From a virus: a DNA stretch of 64,000 nucleotides. Positions 46,767 through 57,466 of this stretch are shown piece by piece. The stretch lies in IMG/VR virus record IMGVR_UViG_3300027608_000014, positions 64,001-128,000 of that record. One strand, 5' to 3'. The stretch's first letter is position 1. Every line of letters begins with the position of its first letter. Position numbers and translations under genes: made by a program. The notes under the pieces are model-generated. The model did no database searches, was not told where the DNA came from, and was given only the letters and a program-made list of their open reading frames with translations.

Positions 46767-48211
46767 AAGCCAGCGGATATTACGATAAAAAATATCAGGA
46801 GTGCATGGTTGCCCATGTTCTCCGGTCCAAGAGAATGATTGAGGCTATGATAGCCGGTCAGATATCTCCGAACGACTTTGACCTGAATATTCATAAATCC
46901 ATTATTACAGCGGCTATAGAAGTTCTGCAGACAATGGGCAGTACTGAGATAGTTCCTCTTACGGCTCTGATGGTGCCTCTTCGCTTGATGATCACAGCTG
47001 ACATCGTTAAAATCGATGAGGTTCCTGCTCTTAAGGTTGCTCTGGCCAACATGTATAGTATGGAGCTGGCTCCTAACTATTACGAGAAGGGGCTTAGAGA
47101 GTTCCTCAAGCAGCAACGAGTTCTTCGCGCTTATAATACGGCAAGTATTGGAGACATCGACGCACTGCAGGCCAACCTAGAGAACGCTATTGCAAGCTCT
47201 AGTTTTGGGATTGGGGTTACCCACAGGCCTCTACTTGATGTTCAATTGGGTGAGCCGGAAATTCCGGTTCCCTGCGGAATATCCAGCATCGACCAAAGAA
47301 TGAAGGGCGGGCTTGGCCTTAAGCGGTCTATGCTTATTTGCGCCTTTACCGGGATGGGTAAAACAGCCCTGGCCATCAACTTTGCACTGGCGTCTGCCTT
47401 GCAGGGGTTTCCTTCTCGCATCGTCCAGACAGAGCTACCTAAAGAGGAGATGAATCAACGCATGCTGTCTTGTGCTGCCAGGTACAGTTACGACCTGGTT
47501 CAATTTAGCGATGCAGACGAGGATGACATCTTAGGTCTTGGAACTGAATTCGATCCTGGAATTAGTAGAGATCAGATTCGACGCAACATCCAGGAAAGGT
47601 TGGCTCGAATCCCTGCTCGTCTCCTTGGTAACTACGGCCTATACGACTTCTCAGAGAAGACTTGTACGATCCAATTGATTGCCGATGAACTACATCGAGA
47701 CCAAGATCTTAACCCGGAGAATCCGCCTAGGGTTCTCGACGTTGACTGGCTGGAGTGTATCGATCTTCCGCCAACCAATAATCGAGAAAAGCAAATCCAA
47801 TCTATTAAGATTCAAGACCTTAGGCATAAACTTGAGAAAACCAGTGAGCTGTTCACTAGACTATGCGTCAATGAAAACGTCGCTGGCCGAATGTACACTC
47901 AATCCGACTTTGCGGCTGAAGGCAAATCAGTAGTAAAGATGTCCAACAAGAGTGAGGGTAAGGGCGCCTCCAGACGCTACTCGTGGTTCTTGGGCGCAGG
48001 TGCCTCAAACGATGAGTTGAAAAGAAATATTTTAACAATTACAGCCGGTAAGGCCAGAAATGGTCGGCTCTTCAGTACGAAAATTAAGAGGGCTCTCCAT
48101 GAGCAGCGCTTTGAAGATATGGCCGCTCATGAAGAATGGGTGGAGATCGACAATGTAATGCGAGAGCTTGATGGCAATCAGTTTGCCCCAATAATAAACT
48201 CAACACTATGA
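46757..48211 (+). CDS. dnaB: DnaB-like replicative helicase
   Basis: ID..MKGGL, AFTGMGKT, TELP, DVDW, TQ, KARNG. Confidence 0.8.
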   Translation: MSLKASGYYDKKYQECMVAHVLRSKRMIEAMIAGQISPNDFDLNIHKSIITAAIEVLQTMGSTEIVPLTALMVPLRLMITADIVKIDEVPALKVALANMYSMELAPNYYEKGLREFLKQQRVLRAYNTASIGDIDALQANLENAIASSSFGIGVTHRPLLDVQLGEPEIPVPCGISSIDQRMKGGLGLKRSMLICAFTGMGKTALAINFALASALQGFPSRIVQTELPKEEMNQRMLSCAARYSYDLVQFSDADEDDILGLGTEFDPGISRDQIRRNIQERLARIPARLLGNYGLYDFSEKTCTIQLIADELHRDQDLNPENPPRVLDVDWLECIDLPPTNNREKQIQSIKIQDLRHKLEKTSELFTRLCVNENVAGRMYTQSDFAAEGKSVVKMSNKSEGKGASRRYSWFLGAGASNDELKRNILTITAGKARNGRLFSTKIKRALHEQRFEDMAAHEEWVEIDNVMRELDGNQFAPIINSTL

Positions 48212-48645
48212 ACTTGAATACAACAGCATTCACACATGAACAGGCACAAGCGATCGCTTTAGTAGCACACGCCGGTCAACTCAGAAGAGATGGCGTCACA
48301 CCTTACGCTAATCATCTACAAGCGGTGGTTGGCAAACTAGAGGGTAACGATGCCAAGTGCGTTGCGTGGCTACATGATGTTCTTGAGGATACGGCTCTAA
48401 CTGAGCAGGATCTCTGCGACAAAGAGGTGCCTGAGCATATAATTGCGGCCATCAAGTTGCTGACTAAGAAGTCCAATCAGTCCTACGAGGACTATCTCAA
48501 GGGTATTACAGAATCTACTCTGGCAATCACTGTCAAGATGTCCGATATGATGCACAATCTGAGTGATACTCCGACTAATAAGCAAAAGGAAAGGTATGAA
48601 AAGGGTCTAAAGTTCTTTTGGGATTTTTTGGCATCGTCAATTTAA
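48208..48645 (+). CDS. RelA/SpoT-type HD hydrolase (small alarmone hydrolase-like)
   Basis: AHAGQLRRDG.TPY..H, AWLHDVLEDT, LLTK, VKMSD..HNL. Confidence 0.8.
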   Translation: MNLNTTAFTHEQAQAIALVAHAGQLRRDGVTPYANHLQAVVGKLEGNDAKCVAWLHDVLEDTALTEQDLCDKEVPEHIIAAIKLLTKKSNQSYEDYLKGITESTLAITVKMSDMMHNLSDTPTNKQKERYEKGLKFFWDFLASSI

Positions 48646-49731
48646 ATGTTAAGCCTAACAAAAGTTCGAAGACGATTTCCTGAGGCTCGTCCGGGATATG
48701 GTCGCAATGGCTTAGAGTTTACAATTAACTGTCCAGAGTTTCATCGTAAGGGCGGCATTTACAAAATGCAGATCAATGCAGAAACTGGTGTTTATCATTG
48801 TCATGATTGCGGAAACTCTGGTAGTGCCGTACATAGGTGGTTTGATGGCCCAGAGGACATGATCGAAGCATTGGCGATCGAACGTGACCAAGACATGGCC
48901 ACGCACCTCGCCCAGTCGGTACAGGAACGCAGGGGTAACTTTGTGAGGCGTGGCGGAGCCGTCTGGGAAGACGACGTTCCGTCACCAGGTCACCTCATTC
49001 CATTCAGGGAACTTCCCGACGACCATCCCGCAGTACGTTACTTAGCTAATCGAAAATATAACATTGAAGAAATTCGAGAGTTTGATCGAGGTCAGCAACT
49101 GTTTTATTGCGACAAGCAGGCACGGCCATTTCGATGTGGAACGACCAAAGGTAGGCTTATCTTCCCCATCTACATGAGTGATAATCTTAAGGGGTGGCAG
49201 GCCCGAAAAATCGACAGAACGACGATAAGCGAAGGCATTGTCACTCGAACTGTTTGGGATGGTGACTACTGGCATGAGACAAAGAAGAACAGTGATAACA
49301 AGTGGGCTGACCACGACGTTCCAAAGTACTTAACATGTCCCTTGATGGCTAGATCTGACGTTCTTTTCGGCTATGATCAGGCCAGAAGGGGGGATGAGCT
49401 AGTGGTCATTGTCGAGGGCCCACTAGATCAGATACGAGTTGGATACCCAAGTGTGGGAACGCTTGGAGCGGCAACTCAACACCAGCTTCAGCTGATTCAG
49501 CTATACTGGAAGACAGCAGTAATTTTGAGAGATCCCGAAATCAATCCTGAATCAGACAAATTCCAGAGAATACTAGCAAGCCTGCCCACAATGAGAACGT
49601 GTCACCTGGCCCTGCCAGAAAATAAGGACCCCGGAGACACTGAGTGTGAAGTGATCTGGGAGGAAATAATTAAAGAGATGAACAACTGTGACTATGATCT
49701 TCCCTCAGAACTAAATCCCGAAGCTAATTAA
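48646..49731 (+). CDS. DNA primase (DnaG-like)
   Basis: Zn finger CPxxH..CHDC, YL.NR, RLIFPI, GWQAR, PKY, TOPRIM VEGPLD, KDPG. Confidence 0.85.
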   Translation: MLSLTKVRRRFPEARPGYGRNGLEFTINCPEFHRKGGIYKMQINAETGVYHCHDCGNSGSAVHRWFDGPEDMIEALAIERDQDMATHLAQSVQERRGNFVRRGGAVWEDDVPSPGHLIPFRELPDDHPAVRYLANRKYNIEEIREFDRGQQLFYCDKQARPFRCGTTKGRLIFPIYMSDNLKGWQARKIDRTTISEGIVTRTVWDGDYWHETKKNSDNKWADHDVPKYLTCPLMARSDVLFGYDQARRGDELVVIVEGPLDQIRVGYPSVGTLGAATQHQLQLIQLYWKTAVILRDPEINPESDKFQRILASLPTMRTCHLALPENKDPGDTECEVIWEEIIKEMNNCDYDLPSELNPEAN

Positions 49732-49986
49732 TCAATAATAGACCATGAAAATAGAAGCAGAAAATCAACATCTTGACGCCCTTGTCTACGATATCGTTAA
49801 AGCTCATCACCTGACCGGTGGAGCAAACAAGGGGCAGATTATAGTCGGCGTCGAAAGCGCCATCGGCAAAGTGCCCAGCAAGAACATTGACTATACAATC
49901 AACTGGTGGATCAAAGAGAATGGCGTTAAGGTTGATTCTAACAGGATGTATCATCACATTGATTTTGATACCGAAGTGCCACTGCC

Positions 49987-50850
49987 GTGACCTGTCCCAG
50001 TTCGGCCCCACTCCACGTAATTCATGCACACTCCGTGAATTCAGTACTAGATGGAGCGGGGACGGTCGATGAGTATATTACCCACGTAAAAGACCACGGC
50101 CTTAACTTCCTGTCCCTTACCGAGCACGGCTATAATATTGGCTGGTATGAACTGGTCACTAAATGCGAGAAGGCAAACATCAAGCCATGCTGTGCCTGTG
50201 AGATCTATCTCATGCCAAGAGAGGATACTGTCTTTATACGCAAACCATTTAAGTTTTATCATCTGACCCTCCTGGCTCAGAATGAAATTGGATTTGCCAA
50301 TCTAAGGAGAATCAGTAACCTGTCATGGGGACCTGGAAGAGTAACCACAGCCTATGGGCATAGTAAGCCCCGAGCAACCTTTGAAGATCTTGAGATCTAT
50401 AATGAAGGAATTATCTGCGGCGCTGGCTGTATCGAGGGGCCGGTAGCCAAACATGTGATTCGTAATGAGCCTGATGAGGCCAAGAAAAATATGGCCCTAC
50501 TCAAAGCTATCTTCAAAGATAGACTGTTCATCGAGGTGATGCCGAATATAGTTAATCAGGACTTTGAGGAGGAAGTTATCGAGGTTGAAAACATTTGCGG
50601 GAAAAAGTATATCCTAGGAGTAAGTGACACTGTGATGACCTCAAAGGGAAGAATCACAATCGTAGAGGCAATGAAGCAGAATATCACTGAGATCTCTGAC
50701 CCCCTTCCACTGAGATCTAATTCTGAGGAGTTCTTGGACGAGCAGGAAAGGGAGATTAGACACGCTCCAGAGATGGGTTGTATTAGACCACCTGAGGTCG
50801 CGATGTCTGATTATCAGACCGTATGCCCTGAAAATGAACACGAAGACTAA
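49987..50850 (+). CDS. dnaE: DNA polymerase III alpha, N-terminal PHP fragment
   Basis: HAHS.NSVLDG, LTEHG, CEIY, HLTLLAQNE.GF.NL, KPR, FIEVMP. Confidence 0.85.
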   Translation: MTCPSSAPLHVIHAHSVNSVLDGAGTVDEYITHVKDHGLNFLSLTEHGYNIGWYELVTKCEKANIKPCCACEIYLMPREDTVFIRKPFKFYHLTLLAQNEIGFANLRRISNLSWGPGRVTTAYGHSKPRATFEDLEIYNEGIICGAGCIEGPVAKHVIRNEPDEAKKNMALLKAIFKDRLFIEVMPNIVNQDFEEEVIEVENICGKKYILGVSDTVMTSKGRITIVEAMKQNITEISDPLPLRSNSEEFLDEQEREIRHAPEMGCIRPPEVAMSDYQTVCPENEHED

Positions 50851-50855
50851 GCGAG

Positions 50856-51161
50856 ATGAAACTACCAATAGCACCACTAAGTAAAGAAGAAGTAAGAGAG
50901 GAAGTGCAGCAGAATGGAAGGATTATCTATGCGGTAAAGATGACCTTAGAGGACTTAATAGATGCCTGTCACAATGATGATTACCGTTATGGAATTGACG
51001 CCTTGGAGTCGTTGATCTGTGGTAAGATGGTTCCCTATGGAAATTGGCTGAAGGACATAAAGATTTCACTGATTGAGGTGAATTACAAACAACAGCTGAT
51101 TCTTCAGGTGGATGCTTATGCAGGGGATGTGATAGAGGAGCTTAAGGGCGAGGCGGATTGA
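50856..51161 (+). CDS. Hypothetical protein between the dnaE fragments
   Basis: 101-aa ORF. Confidence 0.6.
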   Translation: MKLPIAPLSKEEVREEVQQNGRIIYAVKMTLEDLIDACHNDDYRYGIDALESLICGKMVPYGNWLKDIKISLIEVNYKQQLILQVDAYAGDVIEELKGEAD

Positions 51162-51188
51162 GTTCTGCGTTGCGTCGAACAATACAGA

Positions 51189-53975
51189 ATGAGAGTTAAG
51201 AGCTACACCGTTAAGAAGCAGGCCTTTCTAGGAAAGGAGTGCACTCCTCGTCACATGGATGGTGACATTCAGAAGGAGGGAAATATTGCCATGATGGCAT
51301 TTGCTGAAAAGCTTAAGATCCCGTTGCTGCTCACGCTAGACAGTCACTTCGTAAGGCCAGAGCATAAGTTCAGGCAAGACATCGCACTGATGTCTCAGCA
51401 GTTTCCATGGAAATTTAGTGGTAGCTACCACATTCAAACTCCAGATGAGGCATGGGCTAATTGGGTTCAGAGTCACGGCTGCGGTATCAAGTCTGAGTCC
51501 CAGTTCTGCGAGGCCCTGGAGAATAACCAGGCGGTCGTTGACATGATCGAGCCGGTGACATTCAAGAGGGAGTTTCATATCAGAGAGCCAGATCTGCCGA
51601 TCAGTATTAGTTCGCGTGATATGCCACGGAATGAAAAACTGAGAATGTTTATCATGACACTAATCCTTAAGTGTGGACGGATTCCCAGCGATGAACGGCG
51701 CCCAGCCTATATCACTCGACTTAATGACGAGCTTGAGGTCATTGCCAACAATCCCACGGTCAACTTCCTTCCGTACTTCGTCATCCTGTATGACATCTGT
51801 GAGTTCGCTCGAGAGAACGAAATTATGATGGGACCCGGTCGAGGCAGTGCTGCAGGATCTCTTCTTGCGTATCTACTCAAGATCACACACTTAGATCCTA
51901 TTGAGTTCGGGCTGTCCTTTGCTCGATTCCTGTCACTTGGACGTATCAATCGTGGGAAGTTTCCAGATATCGATCTGGACTTTGGCGATCCAAAGAAGAT
52001 CACTGATTGGCTATCACAAAAGTATCAAGGCGCCTTTGCGCGAATCAGCACCACAGGAACCATGAAGCTGAAAGGTGCCATAAGGGACGTAAGCCGAGCC
52101 CTCTTGGATACCAAGACCAACAAGTGCAACTCCGACAGAGTTGATATGGTGTGCGAAACTCTTCCTAAGGCTCAGCCCCCTAAGCTGGACTCTAAGAAGT
52201 TTCTCTACGGATACCAAGACGAACAAGGCGGTCACCTTGGTCAGTATGACATCAGCCATGAACTCAAAAGGTTCCTCGATGACTATCCAGCCGTCAAGGA
52301 GGGGCTAGATAGTGTGCTTGATATTCCTAGGTCTATGGGTAAGCATGCCAGCGCATACTGCCTATCAGACATTGACATTGCAGATGCCATTCCAATGTGC
52401 AATCTCAAGGATGAGGTATGCACACAGTTCACGATGAAGCCCATGGAAAGCCTAGGCTTCCTCAAGATCGACTTGCTGGGTGTAAATACTTTGAATGATA
52501 TTCAGGGGGCATTGTCCTTAATCAAGAAAAGAACGGGACTAAATATCGACCCATACAACTTCGATCACATTCCAATTGATGATCCAGAGGTCTTTCAGGA
52601 TTTTAGCGAGGGACGCACAGAGACCACTTTTCAGTTTAATACCTCGATCTCAACTAGTCTCTGCAGAAAGATTAAGCCCAAGGTCCTGCTCGACTTGTCT
52701 GCGATCACCGCTAATGGCCGTCCTGGAACAATGGAGGCATTGATGGAAGACGGACAGACGACGCTGATCAATGCCTGGGTTGACCGGCGAAATGGCAACA
52801 AGAGGGTAGAGTACTTGCACCCCGATCTGGTGGATATCCTTGAGGAGACTCAGGGCATCTTTACCTATCAGGAGCAAATGATGAGCGCCTTTCAGAAGTG
52901 CTGTGGCTTCTCAGAAGAACGATCTGACGTCGTTAGAGAGGTCATCGGTAAGAAAGACAAGGAGACAATGGACACTTTGATCCCTGAGATCAGGGAGATC
53001 CTTTGTAATCGTGGATGGGAGCCAGAGAGGTCAGCGGCATTTATCAGCGCCTGTCAGGCGGCTGCCGGATACTCTTTCAACAAGAGTCATAGCGCTTCCT
53101 ACGCATACCTTGGCTATATCTGTGGATGGCTCAAGCATCATTATCCACTAGAGTGGTGGACATCCGTTCTGAGTAATTCTAGTCCTGATGATCTCAGAGA
53201 CAGCGCTCACCTCTGCAAGGACTTCGTTGTTCCTCCTGATATCAATGACTCGGAGATGGAATTCTACATTATTGATTCCCGAAGAGAGAAGATCGTTTAC
53301 CCGCTGGGAATGATTCGATCGGTAAAGGCTGCTGGACTGGAGATCGTCGCCAAGAGACCTTACACATCTCTCGCCGACTTTTACGCCAGAGTCAATCATA
53401 GGGTCGTCAATCGTGGGGTTGTTGGTTGGCTGATTTGGGCCGGGGCCTTTGACAAATTATACCGACTTAGAGACGTCTCAGGACGTAATCAGATTTATCG
53501 GGACTACCTCAAGCTTCGCCCTGAGATCAAAGAGAAGGACTATCCGGAGGACCTGACTCCGCTGCAGATTCTAATCAGGCAGAACGAGGCTCTGCCTCTT
53601 AACTCGGCTCCGTTTAGTGACTTGATCAGGTCTGAGACCGGAAGGGAGATTGATACCCTAGAGAGGGCAATGTCAAAGCTTCCCGGTCAAACAGTCCATA
53701 TCGCTGGAGCTCTAACTGACTTTCATGCCTTTGTTCCCAAAAAGAACAAGAAGAATGAAATGATGTGCTTCCTTTACTTTGCTGATAAGTCGTCTACCGT
53801 CAAGGTGACAATGTTCAACAAGGCCTATGAGAAATACAAACAGCATCTGACAAAAGGAAACGTATTGGAAGTTATAGGAAAAGTTAATCGCTACAATGAT
53901 GAAACAGGCCTTGTAGCCGATAAGCTAGTTGCATACGGAGTCACATTCCCTGATGAAAGCGAGGTGGTCATTTAA
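51189..53975 (+). CDS. dnaE: DNA polymerase III alpha, C-terminal fragment (end of PHP, catalytic, HhH, OB)
   Basis: TLDSHF, GPGRGSAAGSL, FPDIDLDF, GKHAS, KIDLLG, FQF, RPG, YQEQ, YSFNKSH, OB fold. Confidence 0.93.
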   Translation: MRVKSYTVKKQAFLGKECTPRHMDGDIQKEGNIAMMAFAEKLKIPLLLTLDSHFVRPEHKFRQDIALMSQQFPWKFSGSYHIQTPDEAWANWVQSHGCGIKSESQFCEALENNQAVVDMIEPVTFKREFHIREPDLPISISSRDMPRNEKLRMFIMTLILKCGRIPSDERRPAYITRLNDELEVIANNPTVNFLPYFVILYDICEFARENEIMMGPGRGSAAGSLLAYLLKITHLDPIEFGLSFARFLSLGRINRGKFPDIDLDFGDPKKITDWLSQKYQGAFARISTTGTMKLKGAIRDVSRALLDTKTNKCNSDRVDMVCETLPKAQPPKLDSKKFLYGYQDEQGGHLGQYDISHELKRFLDDYPAVKEGLDSVLDIPRSMGKHASAYCLSDIDIADAIPMCNLKDEVCTQFTMKPMESLGFLKIDLLGVNTLNDIQGALSLIKKRTGLNIDPYNFDHIPIDDPEVFQDFSEGRTETTFQFNTSISTSLCRKIKPKVLLDLSAITANGRPGTMEALMEDGQTTLINAWVDRRNGNKRVEYLHPDLVDILEETQGIFTYQEQMMSAFQKCCGFSEERSDVVREVIGKKDKETMDTLIPEIREILCNRGWEPERSAAFISACQAAAGYSFNKSHSASYAYLGYICGWLKHHYPLEWWTSVLSNSSPDDLRDSAHLCKDFVVPPDINDSEMEFYIIDSRREKIVYPLGMIRSVKAAGLEIVAKRPYTSLADFYARVNHRVVNRGVVGWLIWAGAFDKLYRLRDVSGRNQIYRDYLKLRPEIKEKDYPEDLTPLQILIRQNEALPLNSAPFSDLIRSETGREIDTLERAMSKLPGQTVHIAGALTDFHAFVPKKNKKNEMMCFLYFADKSSTVKVTMFNKAYEKYKQHLTKGNVLEVIGKVNRYNDETGLVADKLVAYGVTFPDESEVVI

Positions 53976-54047
53976 TGACTTAACAGAACTTTCTTCCGAC
54001 ACAAATGCAGTGAGTAACTTAACTAAATATAGAATAAACAATACCAA

Positions 54048-55361
54048 ATGTCACTAGACGTCAACGAAGAAGACAACAACAATTATGAAGGAAGCTTTCA
54101 CTACGGAGTTTTCAAAGACAATGTCAGAGTCCGACAGACTCTTAAAGACGGAGTAACCAGGCTGTGCGTCATGCCAGCATTCGGCGATCCCGGAGATCCA
54201 ATGAGCTGGATTCCGTACCGCAATGCAGATAGCAATCAGGACAGCAACGGCAATCATCTCTTCACTGCGTGGATTCGCCGATATTACGCCTACCAGTTTG
54301 TGGGCGCCAAGGGAAACCAGGGTCATTTCCTGGCTCCTAAAACCTTCGACTCCAATGCGATTGATCCAATCGCTCGAATGCTCGAGGTCGCCAAGAGAGA
54401 TCGTCGGTACTACGAGATTCTAGGCCTTGGTGAGGACGGAAAGAAAAGTCCTGATCCTGATGCGTTCATGAGTGTGCTCTTGCAGGGCGCTGATGAACTG
54501 TATGCGGTAAATGCAGTGTGCCTTAATCCGGCCCGAGAAGAAGACGAGGGAGTCTCCTGCATCTACACCCTCCGTAAGACAATGGTGAATGGTAAATTCG
54601 ACGTAAAGGAGACCGGCCTGCTTCATCAGCTTAACCTCAAGAACCGTGGAGTAGACGGCACTGTCGATCCTTCGGACTTTGCCAATTACTACTACTGGGG
54701 CGACATCACGGACATCGCAAAGCTGATTCCAATCAATGTCCTAAAGGTTCAGGTCAAGGGTGTATCTGGAAAGAAAAGCTTTCCGTACTTCAATGCAACC
54801 CCTGACGATAAGGCTCAGCCCATCACGGGCACTCGCAAGATGCTTGAGAGCAGATACTTCTTGGATGACTCCTTTAATTCAGATGTTGATCCGGCTGATA
54901 CTATTGAGCGACTAGTGGATATCTTTCGGGATTTTCCTGATCTTATTAAGAAGTCCTTCGAGAATCAGTTCCCTGGAATTGATAACCTGCTTCGTCAGAC
55001 TGGAATTATCTCTAGCTCCAAGGTTCACACTCCAAGTAGCAGGTATGAAAGCGAAGAGGTGGACGATCTAAGTCCAGCCAATTCAACATACCGTCCAGGT
55101 GAGTCTGCCTCTAAAAAGGTAGTCACTCCCAGTAAAGTTGATGATCTCCCAGCCCCCACTGGTCGATCCTTCAGCCCAAAGCTGACTGAGAAGGTTTACG
55201 CCCCTACGGCTACCGAGAGCCTTCCCGCTCCAATGATCAAGGAATCCAAGGCCCCTAAAGCCCCAGTCAAAACTCAGGCCGGAAACTCGGCCGCTCTAAA
55301 TGAAGAAGCTATGAAGGTACTCAAGGAACTTGACGACCTTGACCTCGACAGAGTGTCCTAA
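54048..55361 (+). CDS. Putative single-stranded DNA-binding or replication protein
   Basis: Lies between the polymerase and recombinase genes; aromatic-rich N-domain, low-complexity linker, acidic tail (ELDDLDLD). Confidence 0.45.
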   Translation: MSLDVNEEDNNNYEGSFHYGVFKDNVRVRQTLKDGVTRLCVMPAFGDPGDPMSWIPYRNADSNQDSNGNHLFTAWIRRYYAYQFVGAKGNQGHFLAPKTFDSNAIDPIARMLEVAKRDRRYYEILGLGEDGKKSPDPDAFMSVLLQGADELYAVNAVCLNPAREEDEGVSCIYTLRKTMVNGKFDVKETGLLHQLNLKNRGVDGTVDPSDFANYYYWGDITDIAKLIPINVLKVQVKGVSGKKSFPYFNATPDDKAQPITGTRKMLESRYFLDDSFNSDVDPADTIERLVDIFRDFPDLIKKSFENQFPGIDNLLRQTGIISSSKVHTPSSRYESEEVDDLSPANSTYRPGESASKKVVTPSKVDDLPAPTGRSFSPKLTEKVYAPTATESLPAPMIKESKAPKAPVKTQAGNSAALNEEAMKVLKELDDLDLDRVS

Positions 55362-55373
55362 GATAAAAGAATG

Positions 55374-55410
55374 CGGGGTTGTTCCACATGGAACAACCCC
55401 GATTTTCTCT
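55374..55410 (+). terminator. Terminator-like hairpin
   Basis: CGGGGTTGTTCC/GGAACAACCCCG followed by ATTTTCTCT. Confidence 0.55.
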
Positions 55411-55414
55411 AAAT

Positions 55415-56626
55415 ATGGCAAGACCTAAAAAGAAAGTTGAATTGGTTTCAGGGGATATATCCATTGGAGATCTCAGCGGGCTGAGTGCAATGGAAAGATT
55501 CAGACTGATTAATGCAGATCGAATGGCAAAACAATTCCCAAAAAAACTACACGTCGCAGATCGAAAGTTTCTGATAATTCCAGACCTTGGTAATCAGTAC
55601 GCACTGGGACGAATTGGATACTGCATGGGTAGGATCAATTATATCCTCGCCGCAGAAGGCGCTAGCAAGACCTCGCGTCTGCTACACCTCTGTCGCTTGG
55701 CAATGGACCAGGGAGGCCTGGCATCAATCGTTGAGGCAGAGGGAGAGATCGACGAAGATATCGTCAGTTACTACCTTGGCCCCCACACTGAAGAGTTCCT
55801 AAAGAACATTTATCATCCAGATACCTTGGAAGAGGGAATGGAGATGAGCCGCACAATCCTCAAGAGCTACAAAGAGGTCGACCCAGACAATGAGCTAGTC
55901 AAGGTTCTTGGCTACGACAGCGTTGGTGGATCAGTCATGAAGCGTGCCCTGGAAGATGACAGGGAGATTGGTGATAACCGAGTTGGTGGTAGTGGCCTAT
56001 ACATGAGTGAGGCCGTGGGAACCATCAAGCATTTCTGTAAATCTACTGGAACACTGTGGGTAGTCCTAGGTCAGCTTCGAGAGAAAATCGAGACTGGCTT
56101 CAGTGGTCCTCCCAAGGCCTACCTGGAAAAGGTTACAGGTAAGGGCGGAAGCGCCCTGAACTTCGAGAGTGCTTATTGGGAAATCCTGCAACGCCAAGGT
56201 ACACTAAAAGACAGTGATGGAGCCAAGGATGGCTTCAGAACCAAGTCTACCTTTAAGAAGAACAAGCGTGGTATCCAATGGAGGGAGTATTTCTATGACA
56301 TTGAATTCTATCAAAATCTGAGTGGTATCACTCCGACAATGAACATGCTCTCCTTAGGCTCTATCTGCGGACTCAGGTCTAAGAATTACGGCAGTCAAGG
56401 TAAGCGGTTTTGGTGCGATGATCTAAACATGACAGAAGCCGACCGGCTTCCGATCAAGGACATGTACCAGATGATCCATTCGCCGTGCAACATTGGTCTC
56501 TTCCAAGAGGCCCTTGGAATCCGGAAGGACATGGAGAAGATGGGAACAGACCCAGAAGATGATGTTCCTAATCCGGTAGACGACGTACAGTCGCCTTGCA
56601 CTGCCAATCCAGATGTCGCTGAGTAA
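55415..56626 (+). CDS. recA: RecA/UvsX-like recombinase
   Basis: GRI..I.AAEGASKT, VEAE, PDTLE, YDSVG, QLREKI, GGSALNF, KKNK. Confidence 0.8.
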   Translation: MARPKKKVELVSGDISIGDLSGLSAMERFRLINADRMAKQFPKKLHVADRKFLIIPDLGNQYALGRIGYCMGRINYILAAEGASKTSRLLHLCRLAMDQGGLASIVEAEGEIDEDIVSYYLGPHTEEFLKNIYHPDTLEEGMEMSRTILKSYKEVDPDNELVKVLGYDSVGGSVMKRALEDDREIGDNRVGGSGLYMSEAVGTIKHFCKSTGTLWVVLGQLREKIETGFSGPPKAYLEKVTGKGGSALNFESAYWEILQRQGTLKDSDGAKDGFRTKSTFKKNKRGIQWREYFYDIEFYQNLSGITPTMNMLSLGSICGLRSKNYGSQGKRFWCDDLNMTEADRLPIKDMYQMIHSPCNIGLFQEALGIRKDMEKMGTDPEDDVPNPVDDVQSPCTANPDVAE

Positions 56627-57119
56627 CGACCTAAACAACACCAACTTACAGAAACGAGTCGCTGGAGCCCAAGAAAGGCTCCAGCGCCAATCTGTCACTA
56701 ATAAGCTAAGAAAAGCATTTCGAGACCGAGATGGAGTGTGGCCAACAGTAGAAGATCAGTCTAGTGAAGAGCCAGATCCATTGATCAAACTCTGCTTCCA
56801 GGATCCTAAGTCACGGATTGGATTTGTCTTTGAGGCTATTAAGGCTCCGACCTTTAGTTCGCTCCTTAAGCGAGTCGGTTTTCGAAAGAAGATTGTCGAA
56901 TTTGAGAGTGGGCTCGAGAGGGCCTGTGAGATCTATGGAGCAACAAGGTCGCTCGTTGGCTTGATTTTTGAGATCTCAGGAATTTACTATATTTACTCTG
57001 GTAATCCAGTTTTTGAAGAGAGTGACGTAGACTTCATGAGAATGACGCTGCCATCCGGCGAGCGTCGTTACATTTGTTCCTTGGATGGAGCAATTGATAG
57101 AATCTTTAACCTAATCTAA
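56613..57119 (+). CDS. Hypothetical protein
   Basis: 168-aa ORF. Confidence 0.6.
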   Translation: MSLSNDLNNTNLQKRVAGAQERLQRQSVTNKLRKAFRDRDGVWPTVEDQSSEEPDPLIKLCFQDPKSRIGFVFEAIKAPTFSSLLKRVGFRKKIVEFESGLERACEIYGATRSLVGLIFEISGIYYIYSGNPVFEESDVDFMRMTLPSGERRYICSLDGAIDRIFNLI

Positions 57120-57127
57120 TTACACAC

Positions 57128-57466
57128 ATGCAAATAACTACTATCATTGATGAAGAGCAGATGGTCAAAGATATCTTTGACTCCCTGCAAGAAGGCTGCG
57201 GAATCGGTTACTACGATCTGATTGCAGAGAGCCCAGGCGAGTTCGAATACACGTTCCGAGACCCTGAGACCAAGGAGGAACATGAGGTTGATCTCGAAAT
57301 GGCCAAAGAGGGCTTCCGAGAGTTTGGTGCCGCTGTCAGTCGTGGAGAGCTCAGTGACTCACTTGATTTCTTCACAGATGACCTGACCCAGGTAGAGTTC
57401 TTTGACGAAATGGCTATCGATTATTTGATTCAGTTTATTATCAACGGTGAGGTAACACACCCATGA
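57128..57466 (+). CDS. Acidic hypothetical protein
   Basis: D/E-rich 112-aa ORF ending D..IQ....GEV. Confidence 0.6.
   Translation: MQITTIIDEEQMVKDIFDSLQEGCGIGYYDLIAESPGEFEYTFRDPETKEEHEVDLEMAKEGFREFGAAVSRGELSDSLDFFTDDLTQVEFFDEMAIDYLIQFIINGEVTHP

Noticed and set aside
50540-51260. Functional split intein in dnaE
   Set aside because: There is no block-A Cys/Ser at the junction and no terminal HN/SN followed by C/S/T in the second fragment.
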